This document shows positions 17,874 to 26,996 of a stretch of DNA of 42,575 bases, in pieces. Below the pieces are notes generated by a model. The model had not been told where the DNA came from. It did not search any database and was given only the letters and a program-made list of their open reading frames with translations. This DNA is from Promethearchaeota archaeon (lineage in GTDB: Archaea > Asgardarchaeota > Lokiarchaeia > Sigyniarchaeales > SOKP01): positions 1 through 42,575 of the forward strand of contig JBHLOI010000031.1 in assembly GCA_048940645.1 (NCBI GenBank). The letters run 5' to 3'. Position numbers and translations under genes: made by a program. Numbering within the stretch: the stretch's first letter is position 1; every line of letters starts with the position of its first letter.

Positions 17874-18140
17874 AATAGATTCACATTAAACTAATTTTAA
17901 TTCGTTAACATGTTGTAATTGTGAAAAAAAATACGTCAAATCATAAAAATTTTATGTTTTAAATGTATAAATTTAAGATTTTTGAGAATTTATTGTATTT
18001 TCAGCATATTAGGATAAGAAAAAAATAAAATAAATTATCTTATAACTTCTATTCAGAAGTACGTTCCAATTTTAACCAACCAAATATTCCTCTTTTATTG
18101 AAACATTTACAATTAGTGAAAAAGAAATAAATATTTACTT

Positions 18141-18620
18141 TTGTTAATAATAGATATGAATTATTGTCCAAATTGTGGTACTCCAGTAGAACCTGATTGG
18201 AAAGTTTGTGCAAATTGTGGTCATAGACTATCACGTGAGCAAATTTCTATATTGCCTCAGAAAGAACCAGAAACTCAAGTTAAAACAGTTGAAACTGTTA
18301 GAACTAAGCCATATCCTGGTTATTTTGAGCCACAAAAAACGAATGGAATCTTTGCTTTTTCATTCGGAATTATGGGACTTAGCTTATCTTTTTTTATTAT
18401 GATACTCAGATCTTATGGTTATAGATTATTATCTCTCATGATGATTTTTAATGTAATAATTATTGGATTAAGTTTTATAGCAGTTATTTTTGGAATTGTT
18501 GGAAGTGCTAAAGATGATTCAAAAGTTCTGGCGGTTTTAGGGTTGATTTTCGGAATTGGTAGCTTTTTACTATATCTAATCAGGTACAACCTATATCTCT
18601 TGTATTCCCCAATTTATTAA
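18141..18620 (+). CDS. Zinc-ribbon membrane protein (DUF4190-like TM region)
   Basis: YCPNCG...VCANCG, then three TM helices (AVLGLIFGI); likely start ATG 18156. Confidence 0.75.
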   Translation: MLIIDMNYCPNCGTPVEPDWKVCANCGHRLSREQISILPQKEPETQVKTVETVRTKPYPGYFEPQKTNGIFAFSFGIMGLSLSFFIMILRSYGYRLLSLMMIFNVIIIGLSFIAVIFGIVGSAKDDSKVLAVLGLIFGIGSFLLYLIRYNLYLLYSPIY

Positions 18621-18774
18621 ATTGGGAAAACTTTTTTTGTACTTTATTTAGATCGGAAGAATTTCAAACTACTATAACAAACTTTTTCTAAAAATATTAT
18701 TTTAGAAACGTCAAACGTTATATGTATAAATTAAGGATTTTTGAGGATTTATTGCATTTTCACCATATTGAGAT

Positions 18775-20229
18775 TCAACAAAAAGGTAATATAAAATTAT
18801 TCAATACATATATTGCTTTTTTAGCTGTTTTAGACTTAGCATTAAGAGCCTTAGATATATTTAAAATTTCTAAATTTTCAGGAATTTTATCTTTTATAAA
18901 ATCTTTAAGGAAACTTAAAAATTGAGTATATTCTCTATTAGTTTCTGTCCATAAGAAATTATTCTTTTCAATAAAGTTCGGATTTTTCTTTTTAAATTTC
19001 TCTACATGAAACTTTGATATTACAGGAGGTCCTTTTCTCAAATAAGTTTTAGAGATATTAGATTTTTCGCTATAAATCGCTATGTTATATTCATTTAACT
19101 TATCTTCAAAGTATAATTCAAATTCAATTCTACCAAACCTATCAACGTGAGAGAATTCTTTTTCACCATGGAGCTTCATACCTTGACCGAGAGAATATAG
19201 TTTATCGCGAATTATAGTGTAATGTGTTTTAGGATCTTTATTTTTAAATTCAATTATATAAATATTTGAAAGAATAGGGTTATTTTCATTAGAAAGATCT
19301 TCTTCTGGGATTGGCTTAATTTTAAATAATTCCTTACTAGGCTTTTTTAAAAACTCTTGGATTCTATAATTACAATATTTATAGGCGCGATCTGAAATTG
19401 CCGAAGCTACATTTCTATTTTTATCTATAGGATCCACAATAATAAGAAAATCATTTTGAAAATGAGAAATTTTCTTTAAATCTTCAATGGATCTATTATA
19501 ATAATCTAATGGAGTATTTTTAAGAGATTTAAAGTTATTGAATAGATTAAAAAGAGAGCTATAATAATAAATTAGGAGTTCTGCGCTATATCCAAAAAAA
19601 CCCATCTTACCCACAACACTTTTGTCTCCATAACAGTGACTTGCCTTAAAAAATTGTTTTAATAATCTTACCTCATTTTTCTGTTTAGGAGATAATTCCT
19701 TTTTAATAAATTGACCATGCCAAGGGGATCTATCAACAGCAGTAATAGGCCCATTTCGCTGTATATAATTTAAGTCCAAATCGAAGTATAGAACTATGTC
19801 AACTTCAATTTTAAGATCATCAGTAAAATAATCTACAGTTACATAAGGATGTTCAGAATAAAGTAATCGAGGATTTTGAAACTCTTTTGAGGCTAATGAT
19901 TTTATTATCCATCCTTTACACAATTCAAGAAAATCTTTTTTAGATTTACTTTTTAACTTACTTTTAGTCAAACCTCGATAATTTGGTTTGTAAAAGTTGT
20001 AATCTAATCCAATAAATAGATCAATATCATAATCTCCTTTTAATTGGGTTTGTTTTATTCCTGTAGATCCTTGTGCTTCAATATTAGTATAATGAATATC
20101 TCGCTCTCTGGCAGTGTAATATAATAATTCCTTCAATTCATTAATAATATTTTTAGTAATATTAACTTCTTCAGCATTAGGAGTTATTTCCTTAAGCACA
20201 CTACTAAAAACATCTTTTATTGAATTCAT
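18775..20229 (-). CDS. cca: Archaeal class I CCA-adding enzyme
   Basis: QGS...TQLKGDYDIDLF, YSEHPYV, TAVDRSPWH, EVRLLKQF, GYSAELL, DPIDKNRNVASA, GPP. Confidence 0.93.
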   Translation of the reverse strand: MNSIKDVFSSVLKEITPNAEEVNITKNIINELKELLYYTARERDIHYTNIEAQGSTGIKQTQLKGDYDIDLFIGLDYNFYKPNYRGLTKSKLKSKSKKDFLELCKGWIIKSLASKEFQNPRLLYSEHPYVTVDYFTDDLKIEVDIVLYFDLDLNYIQRNGPITAVDRSPWHGQFIKKELSPKQKNEVRLLKQFFKASHCYGDKSVVGKMGFFGYSAELLIYYYSSLFNLFNNFKSLKNTPLDYYNRSIEDLKKISHFQNDFLIIVDPIDKNRNVASAISDRAYKYCNYRIQEFLKKPSKELFKIKPIPEEDLSNENNPILSNIYIIEFKNKDPKTHYTIIRDKLYSLGQGMKLHGEKEFSHVDRFGRIEFELYFEDKLNEYNIAIYSEKSNISKTYLRKGPPVISKFHVEKFKKKNPNFIEKNNFLWTETNREYTQFLSFLKDFIKDKIPENLEILNISKALNAKSKTAKKAIYVLNNFILPFC

Positions 20230-20331
20230 AGCGTTAAAGTGATATAATGGCTTTTAAAAAATCCATATATATTAAAAAATATTACTTCCAATTTATTTGT
20301 AGTTGTTGAAATTTGTGAAGCGTACTTATCT

Positions 20332-21045
20332 TTATGATTTAAAGTTTATTTCTGAAAAGTAAATCTTATTATTCTCCTTTATTTCCTTAATTGAAACGTA
20401 AATATTATTGCAAAATTCTTTAATATATGATTTAAGAACTTCAATTTTAGTTTGAATTTCTTGTTCTGCTCCCTTAAATCTATTCATCTCATTTAAATGA
20501 AATCCCATGAAAAGATTTTCAGTTTTTTGAACTTTTGATGCAAACTCTTGACAAACTAATTCAATCTTATCTTCTATCATTGCGTTAATTGGAGTGTTTA
20601 AAACAATACTAACCATTAGCATTTCTTTATTACCTCGAGACCAATTGGAATCTATTTCAAAATAATAATTCATTGAAGAGAAAAAGATAGTTTGATAAGT
20701 GAAAAACTTCTCATCAAAAGCTTTATCCATGAGGTTACAAGCAAAATTCCTTTCTCTCTCACTAAACGCATCTTCCGGGTAGGAATAAAAAACAAGTGGA
20801 CCTAATTTTCTATCGAAATAGCTTAATATGACTCCAGATTTTGAAGTTACTCTTGCTTCTGGAACTAAAATAAGAGTGTATGGTATTTCTGGATTTATCA
20901 ACTTATCTTCAAGATATACTTTACTAATTGTAAATTTAGCACCATTTTTATGTACCCGGAGTAATTGCCCTCTAAGCCCTATTCCTCCATATTTTTTTGC
21001 GTCTGTAATTATTTTATTTCTGTTTCGCTCACGCATTATTTCCAT
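20332..21045 (-). CDS. Hypothetical protein with longin/uDENN-like domain
   Basis: GVILSYFDRKLGPLVFYSYPE hairpin, then helix, three strands and helices; ATG 21045 lies 6 nt after an SD-like AGGTG. Confidence 0.6.
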   Translation of the reverse strand: MEIMRERNRNKIITDAKKYGGIGLRGQLLRVHKNGAKFTISKVYLEDKLINPEIPYTLILVPEARVTSKSGVILSYFDRKLGPLVFYSYPEDAFSERERNFACNLMDKAFDEKFFTYQTIFFSSMNYYFEIDSNWSRGNKEMLMVSIVLNTPINAMIEDKIELVCQEFASKVQKTENLFMGFHLNEMNRFKGAEQEIQTKIEVLKSYIKEFCNNIYVSIKEIKENNKIYFSEINFKS

Positions 21046-21198
21046 TTTGAACACCTTTTGATATATAATAGATTAATGGATATTTAAATATTATGTACAC
21101 TTTAATGAACAAATTCTGAACATTAATTAATATTGATAATAAGATAATATATACGAATAATTAAATGGAAGAAATAGAGGAGGATTTAGATAATTATA

Positions 21199-23016
21199 TT
21201 ACATACCCCACCAAGGGTGGTTAATTTTTCTCATTAAAATGATATACTCTCTTAATGCCTCTTTTTGATCAGTAGCTAGCTCATCTATGAATTTCCCCAT
21301 TAATTGTCTGACATGAGATTCTGGAACATTCACATATAAAGTCTCATCTTTCCCAATATCTCTCCCTATTTCAATACCACGAATTGAAATAGCGACTTCA
21401 GCATCTTTACTGGCTTTTTCTATAGTTTGTCCTTTATCTTGAATTTGATGAACCCTTCTTGCTTTCTTTCCTTCAGAAGTTATTAAGGATACTTTCGGAT
21501 ATAAAGTACCGGCTTCAACATGGATCCCAAATACCGCTGGATCAGAATTTCTAAAAACGAAGTCAGGCATCATTTTAATTTTTGCTGGTAAAATTAATTC
21601 ACTTAGTCCTTTAGCAGTGTCTTCTGCCTTTCTAGTTTCAGCATATTCAATATAATCTTCTAATAAGCGATAAATTACATCGTTTGTGAATATTCTAATA
21701 TTATCAATAATCGCTTGTTCTCTAGCTTCAGGTAATATAGAAACATTAAAACCTAAAACGGCAGCTGAATATGGATCGAGATGTTTAACGATATTTGCAT
21801 TTATAACATCCTCTTTTTTAATGGAACCTACATCAGTGATACTAATCTTAACACCATTTTGAGAAAAGTGGTTATTTAAGGCTTCAAGAGAACCTAGAGT
21901 ATCTGCTTTTAATACAACTCCAGCTTTTTCAGTTTTTATTCTGATACTTTGCACTTCTTCTTCAATTTCGTTATAAACAAGCTCTTCTTCAGAAGGACTT
22001 CCAATGCCTCTAAAAGGTGAACCAGCAACTACTTCATCTATATTAGGAGCTAAAATTTTTACTCCTGCCGCAGCACTCACCAATTCTTCATGATCAAATC
22101 TTTGACGAGGATCCCTAATCTCATCTAATGGTTTGGGTCTTAAAAGTGCTCTCACTTTAGATTTAATGGGTTTTTCCAAGCCTCCAACAATGAATTCATC
22201 TCCCTTTTTAAGTATACCATCATAAATTAAAACGTCTAAAGTTATCCCTTGTCCCTTCTCCTTTTTAACTTCCAGGACAACTCCTCTTGCTGGACCTTCA
22301 GAGAATTTAAGGTTTTCAGTTAGATATTGTTGCACCAAACCCATCAAAACCAAGAGTAGTGTCGAAATTCCCTCACCCGTTTTGGCGCTTGTGGGTATTA
22401 TTGCTACTTTTTTAGTAAAATCTTTAATCTTGTCATATCTTTCTATACCTTTAAATCCTTCTTCCAAAAAGTTTCCCATTATTTGTAAAATTTTTTCATC
22501 TAGAAAGTCTTTTACATGCGATTTTTGAGAATTATATGTATCAAGGAAATCAGCATCTTTTTTAGGCTTCCAACCAGAGATTCTATCAATTTTATTAGCT
22601 GCGATTACAAAAGGCGTCTTACGCTCTCTTAATATTCTCACAGATTCCCAAGTTATAGGTTGTGTTCCAGCTGTAACATCGATCACTAAAATAGCAATAT
22701 CTGCAACTGCACCTCCTCTACGTCTAAGATTTAAAAATGCTGCATGACCAGGAGTATCAACAATTAAAATTCCTGGGAGTTTTATTTTTTTCTCAGCAAA
22801 CTCTTGTTTTGACTTTTTTAAAAATTCTTTAATATCTTCAGTAGGAAAATAAGAGGCTCCAATATGTTGAGTTATCCCTGCTGCTTCTCTTTGTTGAACT
22901 ACCGTACCGCGAATATAGTCAAGAAGGCTGGTTTTACCATGATCTATATGTCCTAAAATACACGCTATAGGTGCTCGTATAACTTTAGATTCTTCGATTT
23001 CTGTCACTATTAACAC
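21199..23016 (-). CDS. infB: Translation initiation factor aIF5B (IF-2)
   Basis: RAPIACILGHIDHGKT, GITQHIGA, DTPGH, NKID, KADTLGSLEAL; likely start GTG 23007. Confidence 0.96.
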   Translation of the reverse strand: MLIVTEIEESKVIRAPIACILGHIDHGKTSLLDYIRGTVVQQREAAGITQHIGASYFPTEDIKEFLKKSKQEFAEKKIKLPGILIVDTPGHAAFLNLRRRGGAVADIAILVIDVTAGTQPITWESVRILRERKTPFVIAANKIDRISGWKPKKDADFLDTYNSQKSHVKDFLDEKILQIMGNFLEEGFKGIERYDKIKDFTKKVAIIPTSAKTGEGISTLLLVLMGLVQQYLTENLKFSEGPARGVVLEVKKEKGQGITLDVLIYDGILKKGDEFIVGGLEKPIKSKVRALLRPKPLDEIRDPRQRFDHEELVSAAAGVKILAPNIDEVVAGSPFRGIGSPSEEELVYNEIEEEVQSIRIKTEKAGVVLKADTLGSLEALNNHFSQNGVKISITDVGSIKKEDVINANIVKHLDPYSAAVLGFNVSILPEAREQAIIDNIRIFTNDVIYRLLEDYIEYAETRKAEDTAKGLSELILPAKIKMMPDFVFRNSDPAVFGIHVEAGTLYPKVSLITSEGKKARRVHQIQDKGQTIEKASKDAEVAISIRGIEIGRDIGKDETLYVNVPESHVRQLMGKFIDELATDQKEALREYIILMRKINHPWWGM

Positions 23017-23169
23017 CGGGTTAAATTATTTTCTTTCGATTAATGATCTAAATGTTTTTTATAATATAAAATCAGATATAAGTTAAATTACTTTAACTAT
23101 GATTAAGGTATTTTTTAAGGTATTTTGCTGTTTAAGATTTTTTAGAAGAAATTACATCTTCTAGAATTG

Positions 23170-23217
23170 TTTTTCCTTAGGAAAAAAAAAGTCATGTTAT
23201 TGGGGTAAAACCCCAAT
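23170..23217. repeat. Two adjacent short inverted repeats in divergent intergenic region
   Basis: TTTTTCCT-T-AGGAAAAA (23170-23186) and ATTGGGGT-AAA-ACCCCAAT (23199-23217). Confidence 0.6.
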
Positions 23218-23394
23218 TAATTTCAATATAGAAATTATTCTTTGAATTCTTTTTGTTGAGATATAATATTAATTGAATCAAATAACCTTATAGATTTACA
23301 AACTTGTCACATTTTACTTTTAAGATTAATATAGAACTAAATATAACTTAATTATAAGAATTGAAATTCAAAAATTAAGAAGGTTTTAAATCTA

Positions 23395-23937
23395 ATGAAT
23401 AAAAGAATAATATATGAAGAATATGACCCAGAATCTCAGTATGTTCTTATTGCAACAGGCTCCCAAGTAGCACAAACTGCTTTAACGGGAGTTCCTCCAC
23501 TGAAGGAAGAGGAGCGTATTTATTTTTATTCAACATGGTTAATCATTCCCGAAAAAGGTAATTCTGGATTTGATAGCTTACTAGAATATAATATAAAGGA
23601 TGTTTTAAAAGTTAAAGCGCTTACAGCGAAGAAAAGCCACTATGCTCTTTTTACAAGCATAGAAAACCTTGTAGAACCGCTTTTCCATCACGGTTGGGAG
23701 TCTAGGGGGTATATAGCTTTGTTGGGGCAGAGAAAAGAAGGAGAGCTTAAAGGATTCTTATTATGGATCGGTCAACCTGCATATGTCATGGGTATCTGGC
23801 CAATTGAAAACCACACTCATTATAAACAAACTGATAAGAATAAGCTTCAAAGTCTATTACAAAAAGATATAAAAGATTTCACAAACCCAAAACTCTGGAA
23901 ACAGGTTTATATGTTTAATCACCCATCTGAAAAATAG
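23395..23937 (+). CDS. Hypothetical protein
   Basis: 180-aa ATG-initiated ORF filling the gap between infB and uvrA; no recognised motif. Confidence 0.7.
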   Translation: MNKRIIYEEYDPESQYVLIATGSQVAQTALTGVPPLKEEERIYFYSTWLIIPEKGNSGFDSLLEYNIKDVLKVKALTAKKSHYALFTSIENLVEPLFHHGWESRGYIALLGQRKEGELKGFLLWIGQPAYVMGIWPIENHTHYKQTDKNKLQSLLQKDIKDFTNPKLWKQVYMFNHPSEK

Positions 23938-24074
23938 AATTAATCCGAAAAATTTTATCTTGGGATTTAATTCGTAAAAAGTGATCACCTCTTCAAATTC
24001 TTTTCTAAAGGAGAGATCGGTTTCTTCTTTTATTAATATTCTACGATATAAAATAAGATAAAAGTAAATTTAGG

Positions 24075-26954
24075 TTAATTATGATTAAGATATTGCTTAA
24101 GATATTTTCCAGTATAACTTTTCTTATCATTAATTATCTCTTCTGGAACGCCTTCTATTACAACACTACCGCCTTTCTCTCCGCCTTCAGGTCCAAGATC
24201 GATGATATAATCTGCTGATTTTATTATATCCATATTATGCTCAATAACAACTACAGTATTGCCTTTATCTACTAATTTTTGAAGTACGTTTAATAAGAAT
24301 TGGATATCGTACATGTGCAAGCCCGTTGTTGGCTCATCTAATATATAAAGGGTATTCCCAGTACTTGTCTTTCTCAATTCTCTTGCTATTTTCAGTCTTT
24401 GAGATTCTCCACCGCTTAAGGTAGTGGATGATTGTCCTAGCTCTAAATAACCTAAACCTACATCTACTACTGTTTTTAAAGTCCTTTTTAAGTTGGGATA
24501 ACTGTCAAAAAACTCAAGAGCTTGAGTGAAAGTCATTTTTAAAACTTCATAGATATTTTTATCGCGATATTTAATGTCAAGAGTCTCAGCATTGTACCTT
24601 TTCCCTTTACATAAATCACATTTAATATAGACATCTGGCAAAAAATACATCTCCTTAAGGATATATCCTGTGCCTTTACATTTCTTGCAATGACCTTGTT
24701 TTGTGTTAAAACTAAACCTTCCCTTTTTGTAACCTCTTTCTCTTGATTCGGGCAGCCCAGCAAATATTTCTCTAATATAATCCAAAGCTTTTGTGTAAGT
24801 TGATGGTACAGAGCGAGGTGTTCTACCAATTGGAGATTGATCAATGTTTATGATTTTATCAATTTTTTCATCTCCCTTTATCTCTTTAAAATCTCCAGTA
24901 GCTATTTTTGAGCTTCTTTTATTAACTAAATTATGGAGCCCTTTATACAAACAATCAATAATTAAACTAGTTTTTCCTGCTCCTGAAACTCCAGTAATAC
25001 ATGTAAATATGCCTAATGGAATTTTCACATTAATATTTTTCAGATTATTCTCTCTTGCTTCTCTAATTTCAAGATATTCATTATTAGAGATACGCCTTTT
25101 TTTTGGAAGACTTATCTTCTTTTTACCTGATAAATATTCTCCTGTTATAGTATTTGATTTTATAATTTTCTCAATGGAGCCTTCAGCTACTATTTCACCT
25201 CCTCTTTCACCTGCTAATGGACCTAAATCAATTATATGATCTGAACTTCGCATAATTGCATCATCATGTTCTACAATAATAACTGTATTACCCAAATCTC
25301 TTAATTTTTGTAACATTTTTATAAGGCGATCGATATCTCTTTGATGTAATCCGACACTTGGCTCATCTAATACATACAAAACACCAACTAAACTTGAACC
25401 AAGTTGAGTTGCTAGACGTATTCTTTCTGCTTCCCCTACAGATAATGTGTCTGATCTTCTACTTAATGTAATGTAATCCAAGCCTACATTTTCTAAAAAT
25501 GATAATCTATCCGATATTTCTTTTAGCACTTCTTTAACTATAGATTTCTGAACTTCATCAAGTTCTAGTTTGTTAAAGAATTTTATTGATTCTTTAACTG
25601 ATAAATTAGATAAATCAGAAATATTCAAATTAGTGATAGTGACCCCTAAACTTTCAGGCTTTAATCTCTGACCATTACACTGAGGGCATTTAACTTTATT
25701 CATAAAACTTTCATATATTTCCCTTGCCCATTCTGAACTTGTTTCCATATATCTTCTCTGTAATGAGGGAATAATTCCTTCATACGGTCTGACAACATGC
25801 CAAGAAGCGGTATTATTAGATATAGTATTATTATTTCGATATCCGTTATTTTCACTTTTAAAATGAAACTCAATTTTTTCATTACCAGTACCGTACAAAA
25901 TTTTACTCAATTTTTCTGGAACGATATTTTTAATGGGAGTTTCGTCAGTATCGAAACCATAATATTCAGCAACTTGATCTAATAGCTGCCAAGAATAAGC
26001 AGTTAAAGATCCAAATCCAGGTATATCTCTTATTGGGGTATCTTGGAGTGGAACATCTAAATCATCCCCCAATATTAAACTATAATCTAATTCCATAACA
26101 GTACCTAAACCACTACAATACCTACAGCTTCCATGTGGAATATTAAAAGAAAACATTTTGTGATCTAATTGTGGAAAAGAAATACCACAATCAATACAGG
26201 CAAGATGCTCAGAATAAATCTGCTCCCCCTCGTCAATAATTTCAACAGAAACTATACCCTCAGTTAAATCTAAAGAAGTTTCAATAGAATCTGCTAACCT
26301 AGTTTTAATATCCTTCTTCATTACAAGACGATCAACGATAACGCTGATATTATGCTTCATATTTTTATCCATTGGAATTTCTTCATCAAGAGTATATTGG
26401 ATATTATCGACTTCTACTCTTACATAACCTTGCTTTTTAAGATCCTGGAGGAGATCCTTATACTCTCCTTTTCTGTCCCTTATTATAGGTGCTTTAATTA
26501 TAAATTTTTTATTTTCTGAAATTGATTTTAATATTTGCTCAATTATCTGTTGAGGTGTCTGGGGTTTGATTTCTTTACCACAATTAGGACAATGAGGAAT
26601 TCCAATATTTGCAAATAATAATCGGTAATAATCATAAATTTCAGTTACGGTACCTACCGTACTTCTTGGATTTTTAGAAAGTGGTTTCTGCTCAATAGCT
26701 ATTGCAGGGGATAATCCTTCTATAGAATCTACATCAGGTTTATCCATTTCACCTAAAAATTGTCGCGCATAACTAGAGAGTGATTCTAAAAATCTTCTTT
26801 GCCCTTCAGCATATAATGTATCCATTGCTAAACTTGATTTTCCACTACCACTAATTCCAGTGATAACAACTAATTTATTGCGTGGAATTACCACGTCAAT
26901 ATTCTTCAGATTATTTTGTCTTGCTCCTTTAATGGTTATAGAATCGCTATTCAT
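24075..26954 (-). CDS. uvrA: Excinuclease ABC subunit A
   Basis: GARQNNLKN, GISGSGKSSLA, two ABC ATPase modules, CxxC zinc fingers, LSGGESQR, LDEPTTGLH. Confidence 0.98.
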   Translation of the reverse strand: MNSDSITIKGARQNNLKNIDVVIPRNKLVVITGISGSGKSSLAMDTLYAEGQRRFLESLSSYARQFLGEMDKPDVDSIEGLSPAIAIEQKPLSKNPRSTVGTVTEIYDYYRLLFANIGIPHCPNCGKEIKPQTPQQIIEQILKSISENKKFIIKAPIIRDRKGEYKDLLQDLKKQGYVRVEVDNIQYTLDEEIPMDKNMKHNISVIVDRLVMKKDIKTRLADSIETSLDLTEGIVSVEIIDEGEQIYSEHLACIDCGISFPQLDHKMFSFNIPHGSCRYCSGLGTVMELDYSLILGDDLDVPLQDTPIRDIPGFGSLTAYSWQLLDQVAEYYGFDTDETPIKNIVPEKLSKILYGTGNEKIEFHFKSENNGYRNNNTISNNTASWHVVRPYEGIIPSLQRRYMETSSEWAREIYESFMNKVKCPQCNGQRLKPESLGVTITNLNISDLSNLSVKESIKFFNKLELDEVQKSIVKEVLKEISDRLSFLENVGLDYITLSRRSDTLSVGEAERIRLATQLGSSLVGVLYVLDEPSVGLHQRDIDRLIKMLQKLRDLGNTVIIVEHDDAIMRSSDHIIDLGPLAGERGGEIVAEGSIEKIIKSNTITGEYLSGKKKISLPKKRRISNNEYLEIREARENNLKNINVKIPLGIFTCITGVSGAGKTSLIIDCLYKGLHNLVNKRSSKIATGDFKEIKGDEKIDKIINIDQSPIGRTPRSVPSTYTKALDYIREIFAGLPESRERGYKKGRFSFNTKQGHCKKCKGTGYILKEMYFLPDVYIKCDLCKGKRYNAETLDIKYRDKNIYEVLKMTFTQALEFFDSYPNLKRTLKTVVDVGLGYLELGQSSTTLSGGESQRLKIARELRKTSTGNTLYILDEPTTGLHMYDIQFLLNVLQKLVDKGNTVVVIEHNMDIIKSADYIIDLGPEGGEKGGSVVIEGVPEEIINDKKSYTGKYLKQYLNHN

Positions 26955-26996
26955 ATCAAATACATTTAATATTCAATTTATTATAAAAGAAAAATT

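Noticed and set aside
11968-23016. Clustering of six GTPase genes (EngB, three Rab-like, EF-2, aIF5B) as one functional system
   Set aside because: Mixed orientations and unrelated GTPase classes; likely coincidental in a GTPase-rich genome
23983-23995. GATCACCTCT resembling the 16S rRNA 3' end (or an SD on the minus strand)
   Set aside because: No rRNA context and no suitably placed downstream ORF; probably chance
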